Shown in pieces: positions 48,301-62,373 of a stretch of 64,000 nt of DNA. A program made the translations under genes and the position numbers. Under the pieces are notes generated by a model, which searched no databases, had not been told where the DNA came from, and saw only the letters and a list, made by a program, of their open reading frames with translations. Where the stretch lies: assembly GCF_004010195.1 (NCBI RefSeq), contig NC_057719.1:43864847-43928846 (forward strand), in the 5' to 3' direction. The stretch's first letter is position 1. Each line of letters begins with the position of its first letter. Source of the DNA: Chiloscyllium plagiosum (Eukaryota).

Positions 48301-51300
48301 GTTCATTTTTCATTGTATTACCTTTTCTAGTCAACTTTATTCATTCTTTACTACTTTTGCTCACAACAAATCCTTCTGTTTCATCTATTCAACTTTTCAA
48401 AATATGATTTAAAATTGCTGTAGTAACACATATAATCATTGTAGTAACTATGACCGCTAATAGCAGTGGCTTTGAATGAATGATTCACAGAAGTGGAGGT
48501 ACATGTGTGGAATCCAATTAATTTGGCAATTCTTACTTTTTATAATTAAGTTAACAAGATGCCAAAAGCATGTTATGGAACATTCCATTTTCAAAATGTA
48601 TTAAAAACTCACATTTATATACTTAAAAAGGAAGCTTTGCCTCAATTCCAAACACTAGATGCAAATAATTCAGAGTATGTGACATTAATTTTAAAATTGT
48701 TGCACAACAGTTTTCAGTATAAAGTAGTACCTCTGATAAAAATTAAGTAAATTTTATGGTACCAAAATTATCTCTGGTTAACACATGCCAATTCATTTAC
48801 TTTTGTTTAGAAGTAGAATCAGGATTGAAATAGTTGTAACTCAATATCAATGTTATTTTATATTTTGGGAGAATTATAAACCATATACAAACTGTCTGAT
48901 TAATCAGTTCATTAATTTTGTCATTAATGATAACATTTCTTAGACCACATCACAGTCTAAGTGGCCTCATCGCATTCACAGGGTTGCAAATATTGCAAAT
49001 GTGCCATAAAACTTCAAAGCCTTCTGGATCAAAGATTATCACATCTGTAAATGTTTACACTACAAATTTCAAAAAATGACAATTGCACTAATTTGATTTT
49101 ATTGGTTTAAGTAAATATAAAAATATTCCAATCTCTCCTGGAAACAGACTGTATTTGGTGTTTTATCTGTAATTCTAGTTGGCCCCAATGTTATTTGTTT
49201 GTATTAGTGTGGTCTCATTCTTTGCACTTTTATAAATTTCAGTTTGAAATATGCAAGCTGAAATGCAGTTAAATTCCAGCAAATATTGTAATGACAGTAC
49301 AAACTGCAATTTATTCTTGCCTTATTGTAACTGTAAATCATTTGATAAATAAATACTTAGTGATATAGTGATCATAACTGGTATGCCAAATGATTTAAAA
49401 TTATGAAGACGTTACATGTTCAACTTGTATGCTCAGCTATGTGCATGGTCATGAAAACATTGAAAAGCTACTCTACTTATCCATTCTCTTCCTCATTGAA
49501 CAGCATATTCAGCCTCTCAAATGTGGACTACCTAATTTAAATGATCAAAACCAATTTTGCACTAATCTGTTTGTTGTGTCCTGCCTAATAGAAAATAAAA
49601 CGTAGTTCACAAAATGCGAGGTAACAGGTAATGCATTTATTTAACAGTTTGTTCCAGGGACTTTGCCAGATTGAAAAGCTGGATTGGTATTTTCTGACAC
49701 ACTTTCAATTGACATTTTAAGTAAATCTTGGCTGGATTCAAACCAAAGTCCAGAGGTAAAAAGTTAGTGAGCAACAATAATTATAGCATTCATATTGTGG
49801 TGCAAGTTTTGTAATCCTGCAAAATTTCAAACTGTTCATTTTTTGATGCCAGACAAATGAAAAACTAGTTATCTTTATCTTTAAAAATAAATAAAACAAG
49901 TTACTTCCAATAGTAAATATCCTGGTTTTAGGATATGGGTCGAGGGACATTATATTCTTTTAAAAATGGACCTGTAGTTAGCTAAGTAGGAGGAAATAGG
50001 TAGATTACTCTAATAGTTCAAAGGTATTTCTGTCTCTGAGCTCACCAGAGTTGAAGAATTATCTCACCATTAATAGACATGATGTAATTGGCTGCCATAT
50101 AGCCTACTTCTAAATGCTATGCATTTAACTTGTCTGAAAGTGCACTAGAATAGGATGGGATAGAACTATAATGCTTTAATGAACAAAATGCTGTGTCTCT
50201 TACCAGAAAGAGTGATTAAAAAATAATAGATACCTGCTGACTAAATATTCACACAAAATGAGGAAAAAGCCATTTAGTCTATGATGTATAGAAAGATCTT
50301 AATTTTTCTATTGTCATAAAATCTTGAACTCCATTAACTACTTTGAATATCCAAATTAATTAATGTTGACTGCACTGAGTCTAATGACACCACCAGGATC
50401 TTGAGTTTTTAGCCATGGACGGAGCAGCAGATCAGCAGAAGGAGGTCTCGACCCATATTTTGCTCATTCCCTTTGAATAACCCAAATAACACCAAGTATT
50501 TTAGCCCCAGAACTTTGGCCGAAGTAATCAGCTTCCCATGTAGTGTGAGTATGTTTCTAAAATCAAGCTTATGCAGGTACAAATACAAGCTCAGTTACAC
50601 TAGTGTCTATGAACACATAAACAATGCTAGATCGTAAAGATGCAAGCTGAATGATTGTGGTTTACCCCCACCTCTCAGCTTGCCCATATTCAAAACTTTT
50701 GACTGTCTTATATATACAAAAAATACCTAAGTTATCCTTTAATATGTTCACTGAACCAGCCTCAATGATTATCTGGAATAAAGAAAGATTACCCACCTTC
50801 AAAATAAATTTCTAATCTCAGTTGCTGAAACAGATCATGATAAACTGATTTAGGTTTAATCCCTGACCAGGACACCAAAGGCAGTTCTTTCCAAATGCCC
50901 ATGTACTGAAAATCACACAAACTTGAAAATAGATTTAAGAAAACTAGGGCAGTACTGCTTGGACTTTTAGAGCTAGATTGCTCAATCAGCAGCTACTCTT
51001 GTGTACCTTGGAATTAAAACACTAGCACTTTCAGTCTTCCTGAAAGTAAAAAGCTATAAGCATAGTTTTTGCTTATATATAAATTACTCCAAACTATTTT
51101 GTTAAATTGTCATTAGTTTCAGTGTTGTTATTCTTTGAAATCAGTTTACTATGCCTTATTATACCTAATGCAAGGCCACCATCAACATAATGTCCACTGT
51201 GAAAGTTAATGACTGTATCCTACAAACTTCTAAAGAGTTGCAAATTGTTGAGAAGATGGTACACAGGCTGTAGTCACTTGCCCTTTTGCGTTATTGCTAT

Positions 51301-51802
51301 GGAGAATTTAAAATTGCTAGCAAATTTTCAGGTTAATGCCAAAAATAGATAAACAAAAATAGTACAGATAATGACACTGCATTTCAAATGAAAAGCTTTC
51401 TTTAGTTGATTGAGGAACTGTACTGAAGAAATTGGACTGTGAATGGGTTCATGACATATGCTGAAGGAGGCTACCTAAATCCTGAACTCTTTTAACCATC
51501 TTTAAATGTTGGAGAGGCTGTGGACTTCATTCAGCTATGCATCATTCTTTAAACAAACCCAACTGCTCTTTTCCAACTTTCCATGAATGTACGGATCAGT
51601 AGCATGCATCATGCATTCAATTGTGTAAGAGTGTGGTTAGATGGCACTTGGATTACTGTGTATAATTTTGATTTCCTTACCTCAGGCTATTATTGCCATA
51701 TTGAGAGTGCAACAATGGTTCATCAGATTAGTTTCTGGGATGACAGGAGTGTCCTATAAAGACAGAATGGGCACAGTGGGCCCATATTTTCTCAAGTTTC
51801 AA

Positions 51803-53292
51803 GTCTCAAGGCGGCTTTTGTGTGGAGCCACAGAAAATGGGGGAGATACTAAATGAATATTTTGCATCAGTATTTACTATGGAAAAGGAAATGGAAGATA
51901 TAGACTGTAGGGAAATAGATGGTGACATCTTGCAAAATGTCCAGACTACAGAGGAGGAAGTGCTTGATGTCTTGAAAGGTTAAAGGTGGATAAATCCCCA
52001 GGACCTGATCAGGTGTACCCGAGAACTCTGTGGGAAGCTAGAGAAGTGATTGCTGGGCCTCTTGGTTAGATATCATCAATAGTCACAGATGAGGGGCCGG
52101 AAGACTGGAGGTTGGCAAACGTGGTGCCACTGTTTAAGAAGGGCTATAAAGACAAGTCAGGGAACTATAGACCAGTGAGCCTGACGTCGGTGATGGGCAA
52201 GTTGTTGGAGGGAATCCTGAGGGACAGGATGTACATGTATTTGGAAAGGCAAGGATTGATTAGAGATAGTCAACATGGCTTTGTGCGTGGGAAATCATGT
52301 CTCACAAACTTGATGGAGTTTNNNNNNNNNNNNNNNNNNNNNNNNNNNNNNNNNNNNNNNNNNNNNNNNNNNNNNNNNNNNNNNNNNNNNNNNNNNNNNN
52401 NNNNNNNNNNNNNNNNNNNNNNNNNNNNNNNNNNNNNNNNNNNNNNNNNNNNNNNNNNNNNNNNNNNNNNNNNNNNNNNNNNNNNNNNNNNNNNNNNNNN
52501 NNNNNNNNNNNNNNNNNNNNNNNNNNNNNNNNNNNNNNNNNNNNNNNNNNNNNNNNNNNNNNNNNNNNNNNNNNNNNNNNNNNNNNNNNNNNNNNNNNNN
52601 NNNNNNNNNNNNNNNNNNNNNNNNNNNNNNNNNNNNNNNNNNNNNNNNNNNNNNNNNNNNNNNNNNNNNNNNNNNNNNNNNNNNNNNNNNNNNNNNNNNN
52701 NNNNNNNNNNNNNNNNNNNNNNNNNNNNNNNNNNNNNNNNNNNNNNNNNNNNNNNNNNNNNNNNNNNNNNNNNNNNNNNNNNNNNNNNNNNNNNNNNNNN
52801 NNNNNNNNNNNNNNNNNNNNNNNNNNNNNNNNNNNNNNNNNNNNNNNNNNNNNNNNNNNNNNNNNNNNNNNNNNNNNNNNNNNNNNNNNNNNNNNNNNNN
52901 NNNNNNNNNNNNNNNNNNNNNNNNNNNNNNNNNNNNNNNNNNNNNNNNNNNNNNNNNNNNNNNNNNNNNNNNNNNNNNNNNNNNNNNNNNNNNNNNNNNN
53001 NNNNNNNNNNNNNNNNNNNNNNNNNNNNNNNNATAAAGAGACCTCAGGGGCAACGTTTTCATGCAGAGGGTGGTACGTGTATGGAATGAGCTGCCAGAGG
53101 ATGTGGTGCAGGCTGGTACAATTGCAACATTTAAGAGGCATTTGGATGGATGGGTATATGAATAGGAAGGGTTTGGAGGGATATGGGCCGGGTGCTGGCA
53201 GATGGGACTAGATTGGGTTGGGATATCTGGTCAGCATTGTCAGGTTGGACCAAAGGGTCTGTTTCCGTGCTGTACATCTCTATGACTCTATG
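51803..53292 (+). mobile_element. Young CR1 LINE, 5'-truncated, spanning an assembly gap
   Basis: ANVVPLFKKG...NYRPVSLTS...QHGFVRGKSCLTNL; tail ctctatgactctatg. Confidence 0.94.
52322..53032. other. Assembly gap (N run)
   Basis: continuous n's. Confidence 1.
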
Positions 53293-53706
53293 AATGGAAG
53301 GTGATCTCATTGAAACTACAAAATATTTAGAACACTGCATGCAGTAAATCACTTATTGATTCTCCAAAGCCTGCCCTCCATCAACAAGATACAAGCTAGG
53401 AATGTGAATACTCTCCAATTGCCTGAATGTGTGCAGCTCCAACAATACTCAAGCATTCTTAGCCAGGACAAACCATCCTGCTTATTGGTGCCCCATCCAA
53501 CACCTTCAACGTTCACCCCCTGCACCACTGGTACACAATGGCAGCAGGGTGTGCCATTTACAAGAGGCTCAGCAGCAATTCACTAATGTTCCTTCAACAG
53601 CACCTTCTAAACTCACCTCTATCACCCAGAAGGAAAAGGCAGCAGATGTATGTGAACGCCACACCCTTCTGACCTACGTCACTTTTCAATTATTGGGCCA
53701 AAATCA

Positions 53707-54035
53707 GGTGGCATGGTGGCTTAGTGGTTAACACAGCTGCCTCATAGCACCAGGGACCCAGGTTCAATTCCAGCCTCGGGTGACTGTCTGGGTGGAGTTT
53801 GCATGTTCTCCCTATGGGTTTCCTCCAGGTGCTCTGGTTTCCTCCCACAATCCAAAGATATGTCAGTTAGGCAAATTGGCTATGCTAAATTGCCCATAGT
53901 GTTCAGGAATGTGTAGTTTAGATCAGGGAAATGCAAAGTAATAGGGTATGGAATGGGTCTGGGAGGGATATGCTTTGGAGGGTTGGTGTGGACTTGGGCC
54001 AAATGGCCTGTTTCCAGACTGTAGGGATTCAATGA
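53707..54035 (+). mobile_element. tRNA-derived V-SINE (HE1-like, older)
   Basis: A/B boxes, V-domain, ggcctgtttcc tail. Confidence 0.85.
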
Positions 54036-55179
54036 TCCTTTAGCACTGAATGTGGCCCTTTACACTTTCTCAACGGCAATTAAAGACAGAAAGAAATGCT
54101 GACCTAACCAGTGATACCTGAGTTAGAAAAATGCTGAGGAATACTTTTGAAATTAGGAATGTCACTAAGATCACAAAAACTTGTTGCAAACCTTTCGACT
54201 TTTCTACCACAGAGGACTGGGAAGGCTCAGTGTTTGCGTATTTAAGGTAAAAATTGATAGATGCATGATTAACAGTGGTGTAGATCAGGTTTATGAGGAT
54301 GGGGTGAGTAAAAGTCATTGAAGCATCCAATCAGGCATTGTTATGATGCAGTGAATGGCCTCTGTTCCTAATTTAATAGATACACTCTAGAGTGAGATTA
54401 AAAGCCCTGATCAGCCAAAAATATTAAAACTTTGTGAAATCTTCAGCTGCAGAAACAGTCATAAGAATTCAAAGTCAGCAACTCAGAAATTGCTGAGGAT
54501 GCTGCATAAAACGGTGGTGAGGATGACAGTGACAGAGATGACCATGACGTGAAGGTCACCACTGGCAACATCAGACTCCGATGAACTTGAATCTGAAGAA
54601 TTGACAATCTTGTGGCTCTTCTGCAGCAAAGTTGCTTTCCAGAGGCATTATTCCTGGGTGCATAACAGAATTGCAGTAATTGAGGCGTCTCATATGTGCT
54701 TCAAGATAAACTTTTGCAGAAAACCTGGATATGAACTGATTATTTTAACAATGGCTTCAATAAAGAGACCTGGAAATGTTACTGTGAGAAACAATGAAGA
54801 CTCCAGTGAGTACTTAATCTTTTAGTTGCATCTGCTTCAGAGAGCAAAAAATTGGTTTAGCAAGGGAAGGAATGCAATATGGGGAGGACCATGAAAACAA
54901 TTTACTGAAAATGAAATTAAAAGCTGGCAGAAGGATGAAAACAGGCCCACCACCTAATTGAAAACATGCTGGTGCAATTATTGTTATTATGTACAGGTTC
55001 TATCAGGAGGGTAGAAGGAATGTAATGAGAGAAACGTGGAGAAGTTGAGTGTGCAATTCAGATTCTTGGAGACCATGGAAACCAAAGTGCACCACTGTTG
55101 AAAAAAGCACCAACAACCAAAGACATCAGTGAAAAAGAGTGAGAACACGATCAAGACAGAAATCATGAATGAGATCATG

Positions 55180-56110
55180 GCCCAACATTGGTGATGTAGT
55201 AGACAGTGAAATAGGTTATCTTAGACTAAAACAGGGCTTTATCAGATGGGCCAAGGAGTGGCAGATGGAGTTTAAATTTAGATAAATGTGAGGTGTTGCA
55301 TTTTGGTACAGCAAACCAGGGCAGGACTTATAAAGTTTATGGTAGGTCACTGGGAAATGTTGCCAAACAAGACAACAAGGAGTGCAATTGCATAGTTCGG
55401 TTAAAGTGGAGTCACTGGTAGACAGGGGCTGGTTAAGAATGCATTTGGCATACTTGCCTTCATTAGTCAGTGAATTGAGTATTGGAATTGGGACCTCATT
55501 TTGCACCTGTACAGAACATTGGTGAGGCCACTTCTAAAGTACCGCATTCAATTCTGATCTCTCTGGTTGTATGTTTGCTAGCTGAGCTAGTAGACTGGTA
55601 GATTTGTTCTCAGACTAGTATGAATACTAGTGATAGTTGTGATACTAGTGATATCACTAGTATTCATACACAGACAAAGAGGGACACGAGTTTGACTGGG
55701 ACAATACATCCATCCTGGGACAGGCTAAACAAAAACATGCACGGGAATTCCTAGAGGCCTGATATTGAAACCGGAACTCCATTAACAAACATGTTGATTT
55801 GGACCCCATTTACCAACCTCTCAAAAAGAACCAGAAGTGATAACACCCACCACAGCAGACTAAAACACACAAATAGCAAGTGGTACAGAACATCACCGTT
55901 TCACCGGATTGCTCACTGATGTTACCTAGCATAGTGCCAAAAAATCTGAGAACAAATCTACCAGCTCAACAAGCAAACTTACAATCTGATCCACAAATCT
56001 TCTCTAAAATCTGATCTCTCCGCTATAGGAAAGATGTTGTTAAACTTGAAAGGGTTCAGAAAAGATTTACAAGGATATTGCAGGGAATGGAGGGTTTGAA
56101 CTATAGAAGG
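55180..56110 (+). mobile_element. CR1 RT fragment interrupted by a Penelope-like element
   Basis: WQMEFKxDKCEVLHFG-type sequence up to 55563; resumes at 56010 (YRKDVVKLERVQKRFTR). Confidence 0.85.
55564..56009 (+). mobile_element. Penelope-like element (family B): inverted partial pLTR, GIY-YIG C-terminus and pLTR, 11-bp TSD
   Basis: TSD tctgatctctc at 55553-55563 and 56010-56020; TDKEGHEFDWDNTSILGQAKQKHAREFLEA*; 5' end is an inverted copy of the 3' repeat. Confidence 0.85.
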
Positions 56111-58430
56111 CCTCTGCATAATATTACAATGTGAAGCTTGCTCCTACCTTTCTACAGATTTCCACTTTTCTAAATAAAATTTATTTGCAAAACAAAGATT
56201 ATTTTGCTTCTCACCATTCATAACTATCCTTGAGATGATGTTTAGGGACACCTTCTTGAATTGCTGATATGTACACACTTAGTGCTGTCATAAAGGAGAT
56301 TCTAAGACTTTGACTCAGTAAGTGAAGGAACGAGGACAGAAAGGTGTGCATCTTCAAGAGAACTTGAGCACTGCTGTGTTGCCATGCATCTGCTAAATTT
56401 TCCTTCTGGGTGATGGACATTATGGTTTAGAAGGTGCTATCAAAGGAGCATTACTGAATTGTTGCAGAGGCTCCTGTAGATGGCACACACTGCTGCCATT
56501 GCACACCAGTGGTGGAGGGAGGGAATGTTGACGGTCATATTCCTAACTTGTGTCTTGGTGATGGAGGGCAGGCTTTGGAGAATCAAGAGGTGAGTTATTT
56601 TTCACAGTATTTCCAGCCTGACCTGTTCTTGTAGCCATAATACTTATATTACTGGTCACGTTTGATTTCTGGTCAATGGTAATTCCAAGGATGTTGACCG
56701 CAATGAGAATGTCATTGAATCTCAAGAGGAGATGGTTAGATATTCTTGGATAAAACAACTACTTGGTACTTGTGTAGTTTGAGCGTTACATGCTGCTATT
56801 TGTTAACCTAACCCTGGATGTTGGAGCAGGCCCTTCTAACCATTGCTGAAATGCTGTCAAGGCCGATGGCTTTTAGGGTCTAGTACTTTCAGCTATTTCT
56901 TGACATCATGTGGAATGATAAATTTGCCAAGGCTGGCATCTGAGACACTGGGGACCTCAGGAGGGGCTGAGACAGACTAGCCACTTGATATTATTGGCTG
57001 AAGGTGATTACAGATATTTTAGCTTCATCTTTCACTGATACATTGCTTAAGCTATTTGACATGCAAGTGGTCTTGTGTTGCCACGTTGGTACCTCAAAAA
57101 AAAAACCTAGTGCTGCTCCTGGCATGTCTCTTCTTTCAGACAGTAGAGGAGCTGGCTTGATCATAATGTCCGATGAGAGGGTATGCTGGATATGAAGTTA
57201 AAGTCTGTGGCTAAATACAATTCAGTTTCTGCTGATGGCCCACAATATCTCATGAACACTAAGCTTTGGTTGCTAGGTTTCTGAAATCTATTCCATTCTG
57301 CATGTGGTAGTATCACAAAGCACAATAGGAGGTACACCCAATTTAAAGTTGCGACTTGATTTCCACAAACACTGTGCTGCGATCACTCCTACTGATACTG
57401 TCACTGTAAAATTGAACTGTGAAAGGTAAATTCATGGATTTTTCACTCATTAGTTACCTCTACCCTGCTCAGTTCCACTTTACCAGCTATGATTTTTATT
57501 ACTTAGACAGCTCAACTTAGTAATGGTTCCATTGAATCACTCTTAGTCTGGATGTTGAGGTCCCCTATCCAGAGTATATTGTGTTGCCTTGACATCCTCT
57601 GCTTCCCCCAGCTGGCATTCAACATTAAGGAGTTTGGATTCATGAGACGAATGGAGGCAAGGTGGAGTAGGGGTTAACTGTAATTAGATTTGCTTGCTCA
57701 GATTGAGATCTGGAGACAATATTGAGAACACAAATGAGACAGGAGTTACACAGGAACAGTGATGTTGGTGCATGGGCTACTGTCCGTTAAGGTTTAGTTC
57801 AGAGTATGAATGTGAAACTATTGCTGAACTAGTCAGTGGGATAGCTCTTCCAATTTTGGCAGGAGCCCCTGTTGTTTAATAAGGAGGATCTTGCGGTTAG
57901 ATAGAGCTGTGTGGTTCGTCATTGTTTGGTTTTACTCTTAAGACTTCTCCCTAGCAATTTTGGTAAAATCGAGTTGCTTGCTTGGCCATTTCAGAAGGCA
58001 TTCAATGTGTTGAGTCGCATGTATAATGGCACAAATGGCAAATTTCCCTCCTGAAGGATATCAGTGAAGCAGATTTTTTTTTTAAAAAAAAGCAATGATC
58101 AATAGATGGTCACCACCAATAATTCAGATTTATTAACTGGATTCAAATTCCTCTAGGTACTATAGTGGGATTCAAATCCACTGTCCCGTGCATCAGTCTG
58201 GCCTCAATTGCTAGTCCAAGCATATTACCAAGCAGTCACTGTCTGGTCTGATAAAAGGGCTATGAGAATTGTATATAAACTCAAAAAAAAACAAACATTA
58301 AGAACCATATTTCCTGTAGGTATGCATTTAAGTCACTATTGTTGGTAAGGTGATCAATCATCACAAAATAGATAGCAATTGCTAGGTGATTCCTGAGAAT
58401 GAATGAGGAAAACGAAAAACATACAAAATG

Positions 58431-58436
58431 TTTATT
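58431..58436 (-). promoter_or_regulatory. Candidate SAV1 polyadenylation signal
   Basis: AATAAA on minus strand followed by cattttgtatgtttttcgtttt (U/GU-rich); a second AATAAA at 58653-58658. Confidence 0.55.
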
Positions 58437-59327
58437 GAAATTTATGTTTATACATATTATTGCACTAAATAAAAAATAAATAGCAATCTGTCTACTACTG
58501 AATTGCTGGAACCACAATGTAAAATTTCAATCTAATTAAAGCATGGCATCTATGAAAATACAGTCCTGCTAATCAGCTTATTTGTACAAAACATTATAGT
58601 TTGTATAAAATGCTTCAGTTTATAGATAGAAGTCAAAATATTGTATCCCTGATTTATTGACAGATAATTCTGAAATAACTTGGTGACTAGTCAGTTCAAA
58701 TAAACTGCTTGCTAAACAAGCCAAAGAAGTCTCATTGCACTCAATTGAAGGCGTCTTCAATGAATGAAATATGTGGAGCCAAAGTAATTATAAAAGAACA
58801 AATGGAGCACAGTTGGAATGCCAAATTGATTATGCTTGCAATTTTGCATTTGTCATTACTATGAATAAGTTGGCATAAAAATGCCATTGCAATATCAAAC
58901 ATTACTTTCAATGTTCACAAGAAAACCGTTGGAAGTTTGGCTTTGTATGTAAACAGACACCTTAGTGTTTTCCCTACCAAGTTAATGTCGGGTGCTTTAG
59001 CTTATTTTGTGAAACAAAACTAACAATCCACGCTTAAAGCTTTACAAACAGACTTTGATTGTCTGTTCCAAAATTGTTGCTTCTGGATCAATATTTGGAC
59101 TTTTACATTAAAGGCACATACTGCCTAGGAGAACTTGATAAAAGAACAGCCAACATGTACAGTAATAAACTACAGCATGTTCTGTCTCATTGGTCATAAT
59201 GTTGACATTTAGAGGCAAGTTCCTCCAGACTGAACCTTTTCTTCAGTAGAAATACAGCAAACACTTTGCTTTAGGAACAATTGTTTTATGAAGTAAAACA
59301 ATTTCTAGTGCTCAAATACTGAAGCTG

Positions 59328-59541
59328 TCAGAAGTTTGCAGGAAAATTCTTGCTGTGATGCTGTGCATACCATTGTTGTCTTTGCTTGCGATTTTCTAGT
59401 TCTGTCAAAAGTGCTTGTCTATAAGCCTCATATGACTTCACAATCCTTTCCAATTCTTTCATGAACAGCAGTTTCAGTAATCCTTGGTAAGTGTCCAAGT
59501 CTGCTAATTGGAAGAGCTCCCACTTCAGAATGTGATCATAT
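59328..59541 (-). CDS. SAV1: Salvador homolog 1 last coding exon (SARAH domain)
   Basis: minus strand ttgcag|A TAT GAT...TGA; (K)YDHILKWELFQLADLDTYQGLLKLLFMKELERIVKSYEAYRQALLTELENRKQRQQWYAQHHSKNFPANF*. Confidence 0.97.
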
Positions 59542-61753
59542 CTGCAATGGTGACAAAAGCAAACAAGAACATCAACTTCATGTTGAAAAGAGCAAATCCT
59601 TCAAGTTAACTTACACATTTGCAGTTAAATATTATTCGAATATAGATGGGTGGAGGTGTTTCCATACTGGTAAAAGAAAGTTAGTGTAATAACCCACTAG
59701 CTTATATGCAACCTACAATTTTTTAAAAAATGTCAAAAATTCAAAATAAAATGCTGTTGATCATATTTTCAATATAAATTATATACACCTGAAGGAATTG
59801 AATACATACGCAACAGATTTTATCGGAGTTATCAAAAAGGTACAGAAAAGTCAAAATACAATGACCAGCTAGTGAAAACTCTCCTCCATTCCAATCACAC
59901 CTAGAGTTTGAGTCAAACTCATCACTAACATGCAGAATAGAAATTCCCCTCTGCCGTAAAGACATTATAAAGTAGTGGTGGCACCCCAAATGTACTTTGC
60001 ATCAGGAGGAGGTTTGCTATATAAAAGTGCTGAGAACTTAGTTGAAATTCCCTTCCCTTACCCACAACTGATTGTTTCTCTCATTCCTTGAAAGGGCCAA
60101 CTGCTTCCTATGGTGCACGTGGCAGCATCCAGCAATCTATTTCACTGCAGCATTGAGGAGAAACACAATCTGATCTTTAGCCAGATATCATGAGTCTTCC
60201 TTTTCAATCTGTTGAATCGTGCTGAATTTTACAATTGTTATAGCCCCGCATTGGAATTTTAAATTGAGCCTTGAAAATTGTCACTTTATGAAAATTTTTA
60301 AAGCATATCTGTCATGGCAGAAAGCCCAATTCTGCTCCTCTATTGGATGGTCTATGCCATTCTTGCTGCAACTTTCCTTATATGTAGCTTGGTGCAGGAC
60401 CTCCGGTGTGGTGCATCATCTCCAATCTCAGGGATTTTCTGGAAATAGCTCAGTCATTTCTGTGTTTCTAACTTCCAACTATAGCAACGCATATATAACA
60501 AAGTGCATGCACATGGAGTCCTCACTACCTCCTTTCTATCCTTTATAAATGGTTGAACAGCACATCACCAATTCTCCTTTGCTCTAAGCTAGCAGCTGTA
60601 CATCAAGGAGAGCAGGCTAGTCTTTCTGTATATTCCTCCAACAGTCATAAATCTGGCTGACCAGTTTTTTTGTGATATTACACAGACAAACACAAAAAAT
60701 TGAATTTTGTACTCTCCTTACGTAAGCTTTCCCTAGAACGTGCAAATAGATGTCTTTTTCAAGTAACAAAAAAATTCATTTCAACATACACAATAATTAA
60801 GGTAGATATTAAACATTTTTCCAGGAGGGCTGTTGAGTAAAGATAAAGAACATATATAATTTCTGCATGATCCCAACACCACAGAACAAGAAACTCCATC
60901 ATACACAGTAGATGAACAGAGAGAGAATTTTTGTAAAGACTGCAGAATAGAAGAGCTTAGCTGTGAAAAAGTGAAAAACAAGGGGAACATGTGACTTTCA
61001 ACAAAGAGTATCTGGTAGCGTATGGCCTTTATGTTACACTATGTCATAAGTCAATGTAATAATGAAGAATAGAACACAGAACAGATTATTAGCGAATTAC
61101 ATTAAAGACAATACACATACTAGAATATACTTTAAGGATACAATGGCAAAGTTAACAAATTCAAACTACATGTTCCCGGTTCAAATGGTCTATCACAAAT
61201 TTCATCTGCACAAATCGCCATTTTTTAAAAATCAGATGATATCCATTATGGTGGGCAATTAAAACAAGGCACAAAAAAGCTTTAAACGCATTGAACAGAA
61301 GCAATTCGGTTCCAAATGATCTGCCACAAGACAGTCATTTCATTGCATATAGATAACACAGTACACCTAATTTATCGTGATTAAAGAAACACATTCGAAA
61401 AATTAGCATTAAATTAGTGCTAAGAATTAAATTTTCCTCCTGCAATTGATGCTTTTGGAAAGCTAAACAAGCAGTGACACTGCTAGCTGTTATTGAGGAG
61501 TTGAAGCAGATCTTCCTTGAGCTGCAGTATGTGCAAAATCAAGGAGAACACAAGGCAATATAGTAATTCAAGTATGAATCATCTGGTCTTCAATTGATGC
61601 TATTGTGAAAATGTGAGTGCCAGATTGCTTAAAACAAAAATACATGCATTTAATTTTATTCAAATGCTTCAAAAGAGAGGGGGGAGAAGACATTGCTACA
61701 GGAATTACATTTAAAGTGTTATTTCTACTTCATGGATTTTGACGAGTGCTTAC

Positions 61754-61903
61754 TTTACTGGAGCTCTGGCATAGACCTTCAGCCAATCTGGAATTTCTGC
61801 AGTGTGGTATGGGTTTGCAGGAACCAATTGATTTCGCTCAGTTTGTCGTGGTTGGTACGTAATAGGAGGAACAAGAGGTGGAGGCTGGTCATAACGTGGA
61901 ACA
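61754..61903 (-). CDS. SAV1: Salvador homolog 1 penultimate exon
   Basis: minus strand ttgcag|T GTT...GTA AA|gtaagc; 150 nt; VPRYDQPPPLVPPITYQPRQTERNQLVPANPYHTAEIPDWLKVYARAPV(K); phase joins the last exon. Confidence 0.96.
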
Positions 61904-62373
61904 CTGCAAAAAAGATTAAATAACAAATAGATATACAACAATTCTTGTTTTATCCACATTTTCAGCTAAGGTAAAGGATATTTTTAGTTACAGAAAAGGT
62001 TAGGTTCTTATATGAAAAAGAAGTTCAACCATGTGAATTTAAAAAACTTGCTGCTGTTTGGCTGCAAAATTAACCTACTTGGATTCTGAAATACAATATT
62101 TGGCTTTATTAAAAGTTACACACCAGCTGTTAGATTATCTTTGCAGACACATGGCTAATCCCAAAGTGACAAAACAACAATGCTGCTTTGGCTAAGTGCC
62201 TATTATCTTGTTTTATTCACTAGTGGGACATGGGCATCACTGGCTGACCAGCATTTATTGCCTGGACCTAGTTGCCCTTGAGAAAGTAGCAGTGAGCTGC
62301 CTTTTTGAACCTTTGCAGTCCACAAGATTTTGACTAAGAGATAGTAAAGGACTGGCAATATATTTCCAAGTCA

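Noticed and set aside
52112..53211. Long ORFs of 255-325 aa
   Set aside because: Also span an N gap in a CR1 copy.
61290..61620. Possible conserved non-coding element in a SAV1 intron
   Set aside because: Repeat-free and motif-rich in appearance, but conservation cannot be assessed without alignments.
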